This document shows, in pieces, positions 18,513 through 28,475 of a stretch of 64,000 nucleotides of DNA. Position numbers and translations under genes: made by a program. This DNA comes from a virus. Position 1 is the stretch's first letter. Every line of letters starts with the position of its first letter. Where the stretch lies: positions 32,001 through 96,000 of IMG/VR virus record IMGVR_UViG_3300032293_001706; one strand, given 5' to 3'. The notes below the pieces were generated by a model. The model did not search any database, was not told the DNA's origin, and saw only the letters and a list, made by a program, of their open reading frames with translations.

Positions 18513-19109
18513 TCATAACGATTTATATACCGAAGTAAAATCTTCAATACTTTTTATTGTGAAATCAGCATCAATATTTTCATTATAACAAGTTTCAACC
18601 TTTATTGAAGTTTTCTTTTCTGGTTTAGATAATAATAAATCAGGATTTGCGGTAACAATAACATCAAATTTACTCCACATCTTTTTAAATGTTGTTTTAT
18701 TGTAAAACAATATTTCATCTGTTTCCAAACCATATTTTGAAAGGAAAAATAAAGTTGCGGGTTTTTGTTTTGCAACTCCTTTAGAGATAACACTAATCGT
18801 ATCTTTCTTTTTTAGAACATTTTTTTGTATTTCACTAAACACATTAAATGTATTTGCAGATACCGCCGGTGCATGTCCGTTTATACTCATTGGAAAATCT
18901 ATGTACATAAAATTTACATAGTCGCCTTCAGTTGGAAACTTAAAAAAGTCAACAAAATAATGTGATGTAATAGGTTCAATAATTTCATAATTAAACTTTT
19001 CTTCACCTTCTTCATAGACATAATCTTCAATAAAGAATTTTTCATAAACCGCCTTAGTTTTATCCAAGGTGGCTCTTAAAACTTCATCAACATCAAAAGC
19101 GAACTTCAT
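18513..19109 (-). CDS. HAD-family 5'(3')-nucleotidase-like protein
   Basis: N-terminal FAFDVDEVL (DxD motif I); VETCYN C-terminal motif like NT5C-type phage enzymes. Confidence 0.68.
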   Translation of the reverse strand: MKFAFDVDEVLRATLDKTKAVYEKFFIEDYVYEEGEEKFNYEIIEPITSHYFVDFFKFPTEGDYVNFMYIDFPMSINGHAPAVSANTFNVFSEIQKNVLKKKDTISVISKGVAKQKPATLFFLSKYGLETDEILFYNKTTFKKMWSKFDVIVTANPDLLLSKPEKKTSIKVETCYNENIDADFTIKSIEDFTSVYKSL

Positions 19110-19839
19110 CTTCGTATTTCTTTAATATTTTAGTAATTAATGGATTTCTAACAATATCCTGTTCACCAAATTCAAATACACCGATGTCTTCCATATCTCT
19201 GAATTTGGATATTGCATCCCATAATCCTGAGTGTGTTTTGTCTTTGTATCTATCAGTTTGTTCTAAATCCCCTGATATGAAAAATTTACTATTAAAACCA
19301 ATTCTTGTCAATAGAAGTTTCATTTGTTTAGGGGTACTATTTTGAGCTTCTTCAAATATTAAAATGGTGTTATCAATATTCCATCCTCTAATGTATGCTA
19401 ACGCTTGAACTTCAATTAAATCGTTTTCAATTAATTTCTCACGATTTTCTTTTCCGATTAGTTTATTCAGAAGATAATAAGATGGACTGATATATGGGTC
19501 CAATTTTTCTTCTAACGCTCCCGGTAAAGAACCCAATTTTTCTTCAGCTTCAACTGCCGGTCTTACAATCATAATTTTTTCATATGAATTAGATGGGTCT
19601 TGTAATAAATCAACAGCGGCTTTCATTGCGATATATGACTTACCAACACCCGCAGGACCTGAACAAATGGTTATCTGATTTGATTTTAATATATCGTAAT
19701 ATACTCTTTGGTTTTCGGTAAGGAATTTTTCCTTAGTTTGTTTTTTAATAAACTGTGAAATAATTTCTTTTTTTGATTTATATGTAAGTTGGCCGTCAAT
19801 AGGTAATACAGTCTTTTTTCTCGTTTGCTTTTTTTCCAT
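19093..19839 (-). CDS. phoH: PhoH-family ATPase (likely start 19839)
   Basis: GPAGVGKS Walker A, VRPAVE, LG.LPG, LAYIRGW, FEEAQN, LLTRIG, SGDLEQTD, DIVRNPL. Confidence 0.95.
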   Translation of the reverse strand: MEKKQTRKKTVLPIDGQLTYKSKKEIISQFIKKQTKEKFLTENQRVYYDILKSNQITICSGPAGVGKSYIAMKAAVDLLQDPSNSYEKIMIVRPAVEAEEKLGSLPGALEEKLDPYISPSYYLLNKLIGKENREKLIENDLIEVQALAYIRGWNIDNTILIFEEAQNSTPKQMKLLLTRIGFNSKFFISGDLEQTDRYKDKTHSGLWDAISKFRDMEDIGVFEFGEQDIVRNPLITKILKKYEDEVRF

Positions 19840-19894
19840 ATATTTTTTATAAAAATAATAATTTTTAACTTTAAGTAAAATAATCACTTATTTT

Positions 19895-21451
19895 TTAGTT
19901 TTTAAAAAAATCATACCAATAATTATATGTCTTTAAATCATTAGGTGTCCCCCAACATATGTAATTTTCGACTTCAAAAACTTTAACTTTTAATCCTGTC
20001 TCAACACATCTATTTATAACATCGTCAACATAAAATTCATTATTAGTCTTTTTATTATCGGACTTATTTAGTAATAATCCATCTAAAAAATATTTACTTT
20101 TTCTAAAAAACATGGTTCCAACAATTGCATGTGTTTTTAATGGATTATCGTATATAAATTTTTTACACGATACTGATTTTATAAAATTATCAGAATCAAC
20201 TTCTAACCAAGCATAATCATTTGGGTTTTGTTTACTTGATTGATTATTTCTGAATGACCAAACAATAACATCTATATTTATATCGTCTAATAATGTTTGT
20301 AATTTTTTAGAATCGTAATAAATTCCATTGTCACTTGCGGATATTAAAATAGGTAAATCCGGATTTAAATTATTTTCATTAATACCTATTTCACAAGTAA
20401 TTGCTTGACCTTCGGTTACCCCTGATATTGTTGTTATTTTAACATTATCAAAATAGTTTGGTATTATTTTATCAATTTTATACTTATCAAAATGTTCTTT
20501 TTGACATATAAAAATTTTATTATTTGTTTTTGGTAAACATTTTACAGCTTCAACCACCATAAAAGAATCATTTACTGATAATAGTGGTTTAGGCGTTTCA
20601 TAACCATTTATAAAAAATCTACTACCTAAACCCGCCATCGGTAAAATTAGTGTGGTATTTATTGGACAAATTGATGGTTCAAAAATCTGTTTTACTTTTT
20701 TAAAATAGTTTGACCATCCCTTGTAAATTTCTAAATCATATGGTGTTCCCCATTGTAGCATCTTTTCAATTTCAAAAACGCCAACATTAAGACCGTCTCG
20801 TATCATTAAATTATAAACTAAACTAACATAATATTCACCATTTATATTTATGTTAGAATCAATTAATTCTTGGAAATACTTTTTTACGAGTTTACCTGAC
20901 TTAAAATAATATGTACCATTTGATGCGAATTCATTCATTCTATTATTAGTAAATGGTTGCTTTTCTCTAATTTCTGTAACTAAATTATTTTCCACATTAC
21001 AAAATGCATAATTATCAGAACCTAACATATGAGGGTGAAATCCAATATAACAAGGTATTAAACCATCATAAATTTTTGTTTCACTTATAAATTTTTTAAA
21101 ATCCCAAACAGTTCCATAATCACAATAACTTAGAATTATTTCTTTATTTTCATCAATTTCATCAAATATTTTAGACACACTAAAAACGGGACCTTTTTTT
21201 AAATTATCAGGTATTTCTATAATTTTTGAAGTCGGACATATTCTCTTTAAAATTTGAGACATGTCTGTTGTCTCTAAATGAGTTTTATTACAAATAAAAA
21301 TTACATCTGTAATTCCTGGGAATAAGTTTAAAACATGTTCAATAATTGGTTTACCATCGACCTCAATCAGAGGTTTCGGTTCACTATATCCACCATCTAA
21401 GAATCTTTTACCAATACCTGACATAGGTATTATTAATTGTATGTTTTTCAT
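19895..21451 (-). CDS. Tandem (two-domain) sugar-phosphate nucleotidyltransferase
   Basis: Two copies of the signature: IPMSGIGKRF..PKPLI and LPMAGLGSRF..PKPLL; each domain ends with WGTP.DL. Confidence 0.88.
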   Translation of the reverse strand: MKNIQLIIPMSGIGKRFLDGGYSEPKPLIEVDGKPIIEHVLNLFPGITDVIFICNKTHLETTDMSQILKRICPTSKIIEIPDNLKKGPVFSVSKIFDEIDENKEIILSYCDYGTVWDFKKFISETKIYDGLIPCYIGFHPHMLGSDNYAFCNVENNLVTEIREKQPFTNNRMNEFASNGTYYFKSGKLVKKYFQELIDSNININGEYYVSLVYNLMIRDGLNVGVFEIEKMLQWGTPYDLEIYKGWSNYFKKVKQIFEPSICPINTTLILPMAGLGSRFFINGYETPKPLLSVNDSFMVVEAVKCLPKTNNKIFICQKEHFDKYKIDKIIPNYFDNVKITTISGVTEGQAITCEIGINENNLNPDLPILISASDNGIYYDSKKLQTLLDDINIDVIVWSFRNNQSSKQNPNDYAWLEVDSDNFIKSVSCKKFIYDNPLKTHAIVGTMFFRKSKYFLDGLLLNKSDNKKTNNEFYVDDVINRCVETGLKVKVFEVENYICWGTPNDLKTYNYWYDFFKN

Positions 21452-21912
21452 TAATCTTTATTTTTTTCTATTTCAAATATAAAATCTGTACAGACACCAT
21501 AAACATTATTTAATAAATCGGTGTTTATATCGGATAAATTAATCATTGGTATGATATCGTTTTTTGTTAGATTTGATTTTAAGTTATGAACCCATAAATG
21601 ATGAGTACTTGTCAATGTAAAATCGTCACCATTATGACAAAAAAATTTGAAATTACTGTTTATTTTATTCAGATTATTAGCAGATTCTTTGTTTTTACAA
21701 TGAAACCAAATATATTCCGCTCGTTTTAACATCCAACTAAGTTCAATTTTATATTGTGGAAAATCATGACCTAGCCAAAATTCACCATTAATAAATCTAA
21801 TATCGGCTTCAACTTCATACCCTAATTGAATTGCACAATCAATGTAACTAGGTCTATTTTCTTTTTCAGGTATTGGTCCGTTTACATTACCTCTATGGGA
21901 TATTATTTTCAT
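21451..21912 (-). CDS. GDPD/PLC-like phosphodiesterase
   Basis: MKIISHRGN, GYEVEADI, LGHD, WFHCKN, GVCTDF. Confidence 0.8.
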   Translation of the reverse strand: MKIISHRGNVNGPIPEKENRPSYIDCAIQLGYEVEADIRFINGEFWLGHDFPQYKIELSWMLKRAEYIWFHCKNKESANNLNKINSNFKFFCHNGDDFTLTSTHHLWVHNLKSNLTKNDIIPMINLSDINTDLLNNVYGVCTDFIFEIEKNKD

Positions 21913-22208
21913 ATTTCCTCGATTCTAATTGTTTTATCATCAATAAATAAGTCATAATAGGGTTTATCAACCCTCAATTCATGAAATTTAACACCCCATT
22001 CATTTAATTGTTTATAGGTTAAATCATACCAATCAATTTGTTTTCTACTACCTCTTGCGGTCCAATAAACTATTGTATGTCCTTCATCATATAATTGATT
22101 TATTTTTTCTATATTCTTATATATCGGTGAGGCGTTTTCATATTTTCGGTCTTTAGATGTTTCACAAATAGTTTCATCTATATCAACGTAGATTACCTTT
22201 AAATTCAT
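21909..22208 (-). CDS. Small HAD phosphatase (capsule-biosynthesis type)
   Basis: VDIDETIC, YWTARG, KPYYDLFIDDK. Confidence 0.82.
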   Translation of the reverse strand: MNLKVIYVDIDETICETSKDRKYENASPIYKNIEKINQLYDEGHTIVYWTARGSRKQIDWYDLTYKQLNEWGVKFHELRVDKPYYDLFIDDKTIRIEEI

Positions 22209-22924
22209 ATTATTTTTATGTTTTCATTTATATCACCAAATAAGTTATTGAACTCTACATAATACCTATCAATTTCTTCTCGATGATTTTTTTGATTAAT
22301 ACCCATATAATTTAAATAATCTGTTTCATAATTAATACCACCATCTATTGTACAATTTTTGAGATGTCCTATATTATTATTTGTAAATCTTGATATTGTG
22401 TGTATTTTAAATTTTAAATTTGGATATTTTTCTTTTATAATATCTTGTAACTCATATGGTATTGAATTATAACGTACTAGAATAAAGTCAATAAAATTAT
22501 CACCATTTAGATAATTTCTGAAACTATTAATTCTTGTATTATATCTTTGTATGAAATTATTAAAATTATTTTCAACAAAATGAAAAGGATTGGACCACCG
22601 TTCATTTAAATATAAATTACCGTGATATGGGGATTCATGGTTAAATACAAAATTATAATACGTATTATAAATCCATACTTCATCATCTTTTTGATTGGGA
22701 ATATGTATCCCCATTTTAGGAGCTGAACGTAATTCCAAATAATTAGGATTACAAAAATATTCAAAATCATCTTTAATACATTCACAAAGACCAATGTAAT
22801 TCGATATCATCATGTCAAATGGACAAGTATTATACCCATCAGATTTATTTTTTCTTAAACCCAATAATAATCCTTCCTGAGCCGCAGAACAATTCCAACC
22901 TAAACTTATTCCAACTTTATTCAT
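22205..22924 (-). CDS. DUF1796-like putative papain-like protein
   Basis: ISLGWNC..CPFD.M..F.H E S..RY.RI..F pattern. Confidence 0.65.
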   Translation of the reverse strand: MNKVGISLGWNCSAAQEGLLLGLRKNKSDGYNTCPFDMMISNYIGLCECIKDDFEYFCNPNYLELRSAPKMGIHIPNQKDDEVWIYNTYYNFVFNHESPYHGNLYLNERWSNPFHFVENNFNNFIQRYNTRINSFRNYLNGDNFIDFILVRYNSIPYELQDIIKEKYPNLKFKIHTISRFTNNNIGHLKNCTIDGGINYETDYLNYMGINQKNHREEIDRYYVEFNNLFGDINENIKII

Positions 22925-23592
22925 ATTAATGATTTCCTATATTTTTCTTTTTCATCGTTTAATAGACTTTTTATGTCTTTATCAGTGAGAAAATTTATTC
23001 CTGATGTGCTTAAATATATTTCTGCTGATTTTTCACAAATGTCTGATACTATTGAGCATTCTTCAATTGTTGAACCACAGGCAATAATACCATGATTTTG
23101 TAATAAAATTAATTTTGGAAAAGTATTATTTTCATTAATGAATTGATTTACTTGTTTTTGAATTAATTGAGTTAATTCGTCACCGGGTTTTGCATAAGGT
23201 ACAACACATGACTTTTCTCCATTAAAAATTACTTGGTCTGGAAATATACGTTTATTTGCAAATTCCAAAAAATTACTACTTGAAAGGATTGAAAGTGTTT
23301 TAGTTGGATGAGTATGTGAAATAAAATTTATGTTTCTGTGTTTTAATAAAAAAATATGAAAACCTAACTCCATACTACCTCTTTTTTCTAAATTATCTAT
23401 TTGATTTCCGTTGAAGTCGAATTTTACTAAATCATTTGAAGTTAAATTATAGAGACATTTGCCACTCGCTTTAATATAAAAGGTTTCTCCGTCTTTCCCT
23501 GAAATATTACCCTCCATACCAACACAATATTTACTTACCCGTTTAGATAGTTTAAGTAGTTTTATAATTATATTATCTTTAACTGTTTTCAT
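22921..23592 (-). CDS. Class II aldolase/adducin-family enzyme (likely start 23592)
   Basis: EGNISG, IKASG, SMELGFH, HTHP, ILLQNHGIIACG. Confidence 0.85.
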   Translation of the reverse strand: MKTVKDNIIIKLLKLSKRVSKYCVGMEGNISGKDGETFYIKASGKCLYNLTSNDLVKFDFNGNQIDNLEKRGSMELGFHIFLLKHRNINFISHTHPTKTLSILSSSNFLEFANKRIFPDQVIFNGEKSCVVPYAKPGDELTQLIQKQVNQFINENNTFPKLILLQNHGIIACGSTIEECSIVSDICEKSAEIYLSTSGINFLTDKDIKSLLNDEKEKYRKSLI

Positions 23593-23620
23593 TTTTATAT
23601 GAAAAAATAAGAAAAAAAAA

Positions 23621-25075
23621 TTAATCAGTAAAGTTGATATGAAAAATAAAATAAAGTATATAATCATAAAAACTTTTTGTTTTATTATCCTTTAAAAAGT
23701 CGTTATTTTCAAAATTAAGGTCTGTGTATTCATCAAAAATAATACTTGTAAATTTATAATCTTTATTTATAGTATAATTTATGTTTGATGTGTTAAAAAC
23801 ATCCATAACCGTTTTTAAGTTTTTACAATCTGACCTAATTAATAACTCTAAACTTAATGATTCTTGATTATATAAATCAGTAAAATCTATTGTATTTTTA
23901 CTAAAAAATCGTACTATGATGTCAGCATTTTCTTTTTGAGGCTTAATATAATCATTAAAATCTTTTTGTCTTTTTTTAATGTTTTCCAATACTTTATTAG
24001 GACTATACCCTCTTTCTAAAACATCGCGCTTAATCTTCCACTTTTTTTTCAAATTTTCATCAGTATCCATAAAAATTTTCAAGTCGTAAAGATTGGTATT
24101 ACCATACAAACTATGTAACCCACATACAATTAGATTATCTGACGGGTTAATTAATTTCTTTTCGGTAAACTTACCACTGTGGTGGTCATAATCTACTTGA
24201 TATATATCATTACCTAATTTTAAATTGAAAATATCTTCTTCCATTTTAGTAATATAATTTGATTTTGGATTTAAATGAGTGGTTTGTTCCCAATTTTTAT
24301 TATTCCTTTCCCATTTATGGTATCTATCACACTCCAAAGTAAAAGAATTATTATAACAATTTTTTAATAACCTACTTAATGTTGATTTTCCAGACCCCGA
24401 ATCACCACAAATTGCAAAAATATTACACTTAGATAGTAGAAAATTATATTCTATATCCAATTTTTTAAATGATATGTTTGTTTTTTTTAAATACTCAAAT
24501 AATGATGTTTCAGATACGGGTAAAAAGAAATTACCATAAAATTTATAAATATCAAAATATTTATCCATAATTTTTGACTTACCAAAGGCAAATGCGTCAC
24601 AAAGATAACCATCATTGGAATTTGTAAGTCTGAATTTATCCATTTTAGCATCTGACGGTATATAAATTATATTGTCTTCGACTACAATATCAAAAATATT
24701 TTTAGTTAATATGTTTAAATCTAATCTATATCTTATTACTAAATCATATTCAGATGATTCAGATTCTCTTATAGTTTTTATTTCATTAAGTTTGTATAAC
24801 TTAGCCCAAAGATTAATAACGTTATTAATTTTATTATCACTAACATATGTTTGATTGTTTTCAACAATTGTTGTTATTGGATTAAGAATGTCTACTATTT
24901 TTTTTATATCAGAATCTTCTATTTGATTTAAATATTTATCATCGGTATTTTCACTTTTTGTGATATGTAAATAAACATCAACAGTTTTAAATTTTTTTAC
25001 AATTTCATTTACTATGAATTCAATACTTTTTTCGTAGTTCCTTAAATATCCAGCAATTAATAATGCAACTCTCAT
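23621..25075 (-). CDS. Fusion: putative glycosyltransferase N-terminus + phosphoribulokinase/uridine kinase-family C-terminus
   Basis: N: MRVALLIAGYLR..YDLVIRYRLD..DAFAFG. C: ICGDSGSGKST, YDHHSG, GLHSLY, WKIKRDVLERG, DFNDYIKPQ..ADIIV. Confidence 0.8.
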   Translation of the reverse strand: MRVALLIAGYLRNYEKSIEFIVNEIVKKFKTVDVYLHITKSENTDDKYLNQIEDSDIKKIVDILNPITTIVENNQTYVSDNKINNVINLWAKLYKLNEIKTIRESESSEYDLVIRYRLDLNILTKNIFDIVVEDNIIYIPSDAKMDKFRLTNSNDGYLCDAFAFGKSKIMDKYFDIYKFYGNFFLPVSETSLFEYLKKTNISFKKLDIEYNFLLSKCNIFAICGDSGSGKSTLSRLLKNCYNNSFTLECDRYHKWERNNKNWEQTTHLNPKSNYITKMEEDIFNLKLGNDIYQVDYDHHSGKFTEKKLINPSDNLIVCGLHSLYGNTNLYDLKIFMDTDENLKKKWKIKRDVLERGYSPNKVLENIKKRQKDFNDYIKPQKENADIIVRFFSKNTIDFTDLYNQESLSLELLIRSDCKNLKTVMDVFNTSNINYTINKDYKFTSIIFDEYTDLNFENNDFLKDNKTKSFYDYILYFIFHINFTD

Positions 25076-25078
25076 AAA

Positions 25079-25966
25079 TTAAATTCCTTCGAATACATTT
25101 TGATTTTTACTTATCATATCATTTAATATATTTATAAGTTTTGAATTATTAAATATTTTATTGTAAAAATAATCATAATTGTTAATAACATCAAGAGTTT
25201 TAGTCGGTATTTCGTTGTAATCTGCCCAAATTATGAACTCGTTATATGGTATCTTTTCTTTTAACGGAACATCTTCGCTAACAATAATAACTCCATTACT
25301 TAATGCTGGTAAAACCCGCAGTTCTTCAAAAGTATGATGATGGTCTGTCTGATGTATATTAACCATAATTTTTGTTTTACTATATAAATCTAATAAACAC
25401 TCATTTGAAAAACAATTAGTAATTGTTGTGTTATTAACACCTAACTCATTTATTTGTGATAAAATATTCTTACGCCTAATGTTAGAACTCGTATCAAATA
25501 ATGTTATTACTTTAGATTTTTCACCATTAAATTTAGGGTCATATATTGTTGGTGATATATAAAGTACTTTTGATAGAAAGTTTTGAAACTTACCACATGA
25601 TTTTATATTTTCAATATTAGGTAAACTATATTCTATGATATAATCTAATGAATTAAGATAGTTAAATTTATCAATTCGTACTAAATAATAACTATCTTTA
25701 TTTTTTATGTTGCCGTAAATTTTATCGTTTACGGACCGACCACCTTCTTTTACGAGAGTATGTTCACATTGTATGTCAATTTTTAATGTTTTGTTATTAT
25801 TTTTAAAATCAAAAAAGTAATCACCAAAAATAATATTAAAACTTTCATCACATTCTGATAACCAATTTTTTAATAATTTAACAATATAGTTATAATATTC
25901 CCTAGTATGAATAACTTGGTTATCGGTGTAGAGTAAAAAACTTTTATTAATTTTCTCAATTATCAT
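25079..25966 (-). CDS. GT-B-like glycosyltransferase (CgeB/DUF3880-like C-terminus)
   Basis: KIMVNIHQ..FEELRVLPALSNGVIIVSE. Confidence 0.55.
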   Translation of the reverse strand: MIIEKINKSFLLYTDNQVIHTREYYNYIVKLLKNWLSECDESFNIIFGDYFFDFKNNNKTLKIDIQCEHTLVKEGGRSVNDKIYGNIKNKDSYYLVRIDKFNYLNSLDYIIEYSLPNIENIKSCGKFQNFLSKVLYISPTIYDPKFNGEKSKVITLFDTSSNIRRKNILSQINELGVNNTTITNCFSNECLLDLYSKTKIMVNIHQTDHHHTFEELRVLPALSNGVIIVSEDVPLKEKIPYNEFIIWADYNEIPTKTLDVINNYDYFYNKIFNNSKLINILNDMISKNQNVFEGI

Positions 25967-26754
25967 CTATCTACAGTTCGTTCCGTTTTTTGCTGTGCTC
26001 TTTTAACAAAGAAAGTTTTAATATTATCATCAAAAGGATTTACTGAATGACAATCATATTTTGGGTCTGGATTAGGGTTATTATTCCACATATAACCTAA
26101 GTATCTTATATCGCCATCAATATCATAATTCTTATGGTCATTCAATTCCCATATAATTCTAGCTAAATATCTTTCCGCTGCGCAACTTTGAGTTCTATTT
26201 GTTATCACAATCTGTTTAAAATAATCATAAGTCCTTTCAACGTTTAATGATGATATTATAAAACTACAACACCAACAAAAAGTACATTTATCTAAATTAT
26301 CTAATAGCCCCAATTTTAATAAAATTTCATTGGATATGTCTTGTAACATGCCGTCTTGAAAGTATGAATTAATTGTACAAGCTTTAATGTTTTCATTATA
26401 GAGAGTGTTAAAATCCAATTTATTTTTTAAAATAAATGTATCTTGTGTTAATACAATGTAAGAATATTCATTTATTAATGAATTATCTATTAAAAATTTC
26501 AAACCGATTTGATAAGCCCCAATTTCAAATTTACATTCTATATCATTTTCTAATAACACGACATTTTTATATTTTCTTAAATTTGCAAATATATCCTCTT
26601 TATACGTTGAATTATTATCTACGAAAATAATAAGTGCGTCTTCGTAGAATTTTTGTATAGTCTGCACATAATATTCACTATATGAATCATATCCTCTATA
26701 GTATTTATGAGCGATTATAAAAACTGGTTTGTTGATATTTTTAATTATTTCCAT
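25963..26754 (-). CDS. Putative glycosyltransferase
   Basis: FVDNNS, KFEIGAY, LTQDTF; inside the glycosylation cluster. Confidence 0.45.
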   Translation of the reverse strand: MEIIKNINKPVFIIAHKYYRGYDSYSEYYVQTIQKFYEDALIIFVDNNSTYKEDIFANLRKYKNVVLLENDIECKFEIGAYQIGLKFLIDNSLINEYSYIVLTQDTFILKNKLDFNTLYNENIKACTINSYFQDGMLQDISNEILLKLGLLDNLDKCTFCWCCSFIISSLNVERTYDYFKQIVITNRTQSCAAERYLARIIWELNDHKNYDIDGDIRYLGYMWNNNPNPDPKYDCHSVNPFDDNIKTFFVKRAQQKTERTVDR

Positions 26755-27554
26755 TTACTTGAATTTTTTAAATTATATTTATTTACTATTTTTTCGTATT
26801 CATATTTTATATCATCACACGAACCAATAGGTAACGTTTCAATGTTTAAATATTTTTGACTGTGTGTTATGTGAATGTACCTAAATGGTTCCAAACAAAT
26901 AAAATAACCACATTTAAATTTATTTTTTGAAAAAAGTTTAAAGATATTAAAGTTAACTGCATATTTCTGTGTATCAGGGTGTTCGATTGTTCTATAATCT
27001 CTGAAACCAAATTTTTCCATAATATCGATTAACGTCTCTTTCTTCCAAATCGATGGATTAACATTATATGGGTATCCTTTATTTTCAGTATCTATATTTG
27101 ATGATTTTATGTAATATAAATCATTATCATTTATTTCGTGACTCTTAATACTATCAAAATCGTAGGCTAATTGAAAATCAACTCTGTCGTAATTATTTTC
27201 ACGTAAAAAGTTAAACATACTTTTAATTTTTTCTTTATCAATATAAAATACAATATCATTATCATGTATGAAAATAAAATAATCATACGGAACGTCTTTA
27301 ATTGTATTTAGTAATCTATATCCATACGGTAACGAATCATCGTAAAAAATAACTTTTTCAAAATTATTATAAATACCACTAAGGTCATCGTCATTTTTAT
27401 TTATGATTAAAATCATCTCCCCACAATCTTTCAAATAATCAATTTGTATTTTTAATACTTCTAAGAAAGAAGAATGACTATAAATAACAATCTTTAAATT
27501 ATTATCAAGCGGTTTATCAGACAATTCAAATTTTTTTATATCAAATGTTATCAT
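26745..27554 (-). CDS. Putative GT-A-like glycosyltransferase (paralog 1)
   Basis: YSHSS, IFIHDND, YNVNPSIWKKETL, YRTIE, CGYF.C; paralog of 28476-29240. Confidence 0.5.
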   Translation of the reverse strand: MITFDIKKFELSDKPLDNNLKIVIYSHSSFLEVLKIQIDYLKDCGEMILIINKNDDDLSGIYNNFEKVIFYDDSLPYGYRLLNTIKDVPYDYFIFIHDNDIVFYIDKEKIKSMFNFLRENNYDRVDFQLAYDFDSIKSHEINDNDLYYIKSSNIDTENKGYPYNVNPSIWKKETLIDIMEKFGFRDYRTIEHPDTQKYAVNFNIFKLFSKNKFKCGYFICLEPFRYIHITHSQKYLNIETLPIGSCDDIKYEYEKIVNKYNLKNSSKWK

Positions 27555-28474
27555 TTTTGGTAAGTAGTGTTACGGATTTTATCAACCCAATATTTTAGGG
27601 TAATTCGTTCATAGTTAAATTCTTTATTTTTAAAGTCATCAATTGTCTTGTTCAATAACTCTTGAGTAATTTCGCTCCAATCATTTACTATTAGTACAGG
27701 TAAATCTTTATATAAAGTATCTAATTGGGACTTCTTTACAATCACAATTGTTCCTAACATTAATGCTTCCCATGTTCTGTGACAATCCATACCGTGGCCC
27801 ATTGGCGAAACTGTAAACGCATAATCCGCATTTTTTTTCCAAGTAGATTCTCTATCTACTAATGATGGTTCATAATAAATTAAATCTTTGGGTATTTTAT
27901 TAATTGCGTCTTGCCTTGGGTTACCAAATTCTGAATAGGTAACAAAATGAAAATTAGAATAACATTTAGGTAGTCTTTGATAAAATTCTCCCGCATTTTT
28001 TCTAATGTTGGTTAACATATTTTCCTGTTCTTTTGGTGTCATTGCTTGATTGCTCCATCCGCAAAACTCACCAAACGTTAAAGAATGAAAATTTACACCA
28101 ATTGGAATTAATGAAAATTTATTATGATAGTTTTCATTACAATTCACAGAATACCAATGAATTATTCTATCATCGTTAATTAGATTATTAAAAGTGTGTA
28201 AATCTATTAAATCGTCAGGCATTGTTTCATCCCCATCACCAGTAATTAAAATAAATTTATAATTCAAGTAAGGAAATACTTGATGTATAAATTGTCTAAA
28301 AAAAGCAAATTTAATATAAATACAATCACCATCTTTACCTTTTAGTAGTTTATTGAAGTCATGAGTAATTTTATATGGTTCTTTGTGATACGTTATTATA
28401 TTATTTTCGTCTAAAGATAATAACATTCCGACACTGGATATGTATTCACATTCTTTTAATTGTTCTAAGCTCAT
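27551..28474 (-). CDS. Exostosin/GT47-like glycosyltransferase
   Basis: ITGDGD, FTVSPMGHGMDCHRTWEALMLGTIVIV, LPVLIV.DW. Confidence 0.68.
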   Translation of the reverse strand: MSLEQLKECEYISSVGMLLSLDENNIITYHKEPYKITHDFNKLLKGKDGDCIYIKFAFFRQFIHQVFPYLNYKFILITGDGDETMPDDLIDLHTFNNLINDDRIIHWYSVNCNENYHNKFSLIPIGVNFHSLTFGEFCGWSNQAMTPKEQENMLTNIRKNAGEFYQRLPKCYSNFHFVTYSEFGNPRQDAINKIPKDLIYYEPSLVDRESTWKKNADYAFTVSPMGHGMDCHRTWEALMLGTIVIVKKSQLDTLYKDLPVLIVNDWSEITQELLNKTIDDFKNKEFNYERITLKYWVDKIRNTTYQK

Positions 28475-28475
28475 A

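Noticed and set aside
23621-24430. Phosphoribulokinase as a carbon-fixation auxiliary metabolic gene
   Set aside because: It is fused to a GT-like domain inside a glycan cluster, with no RuBisCO or CP12 context, and the host clues are heterotrophic.
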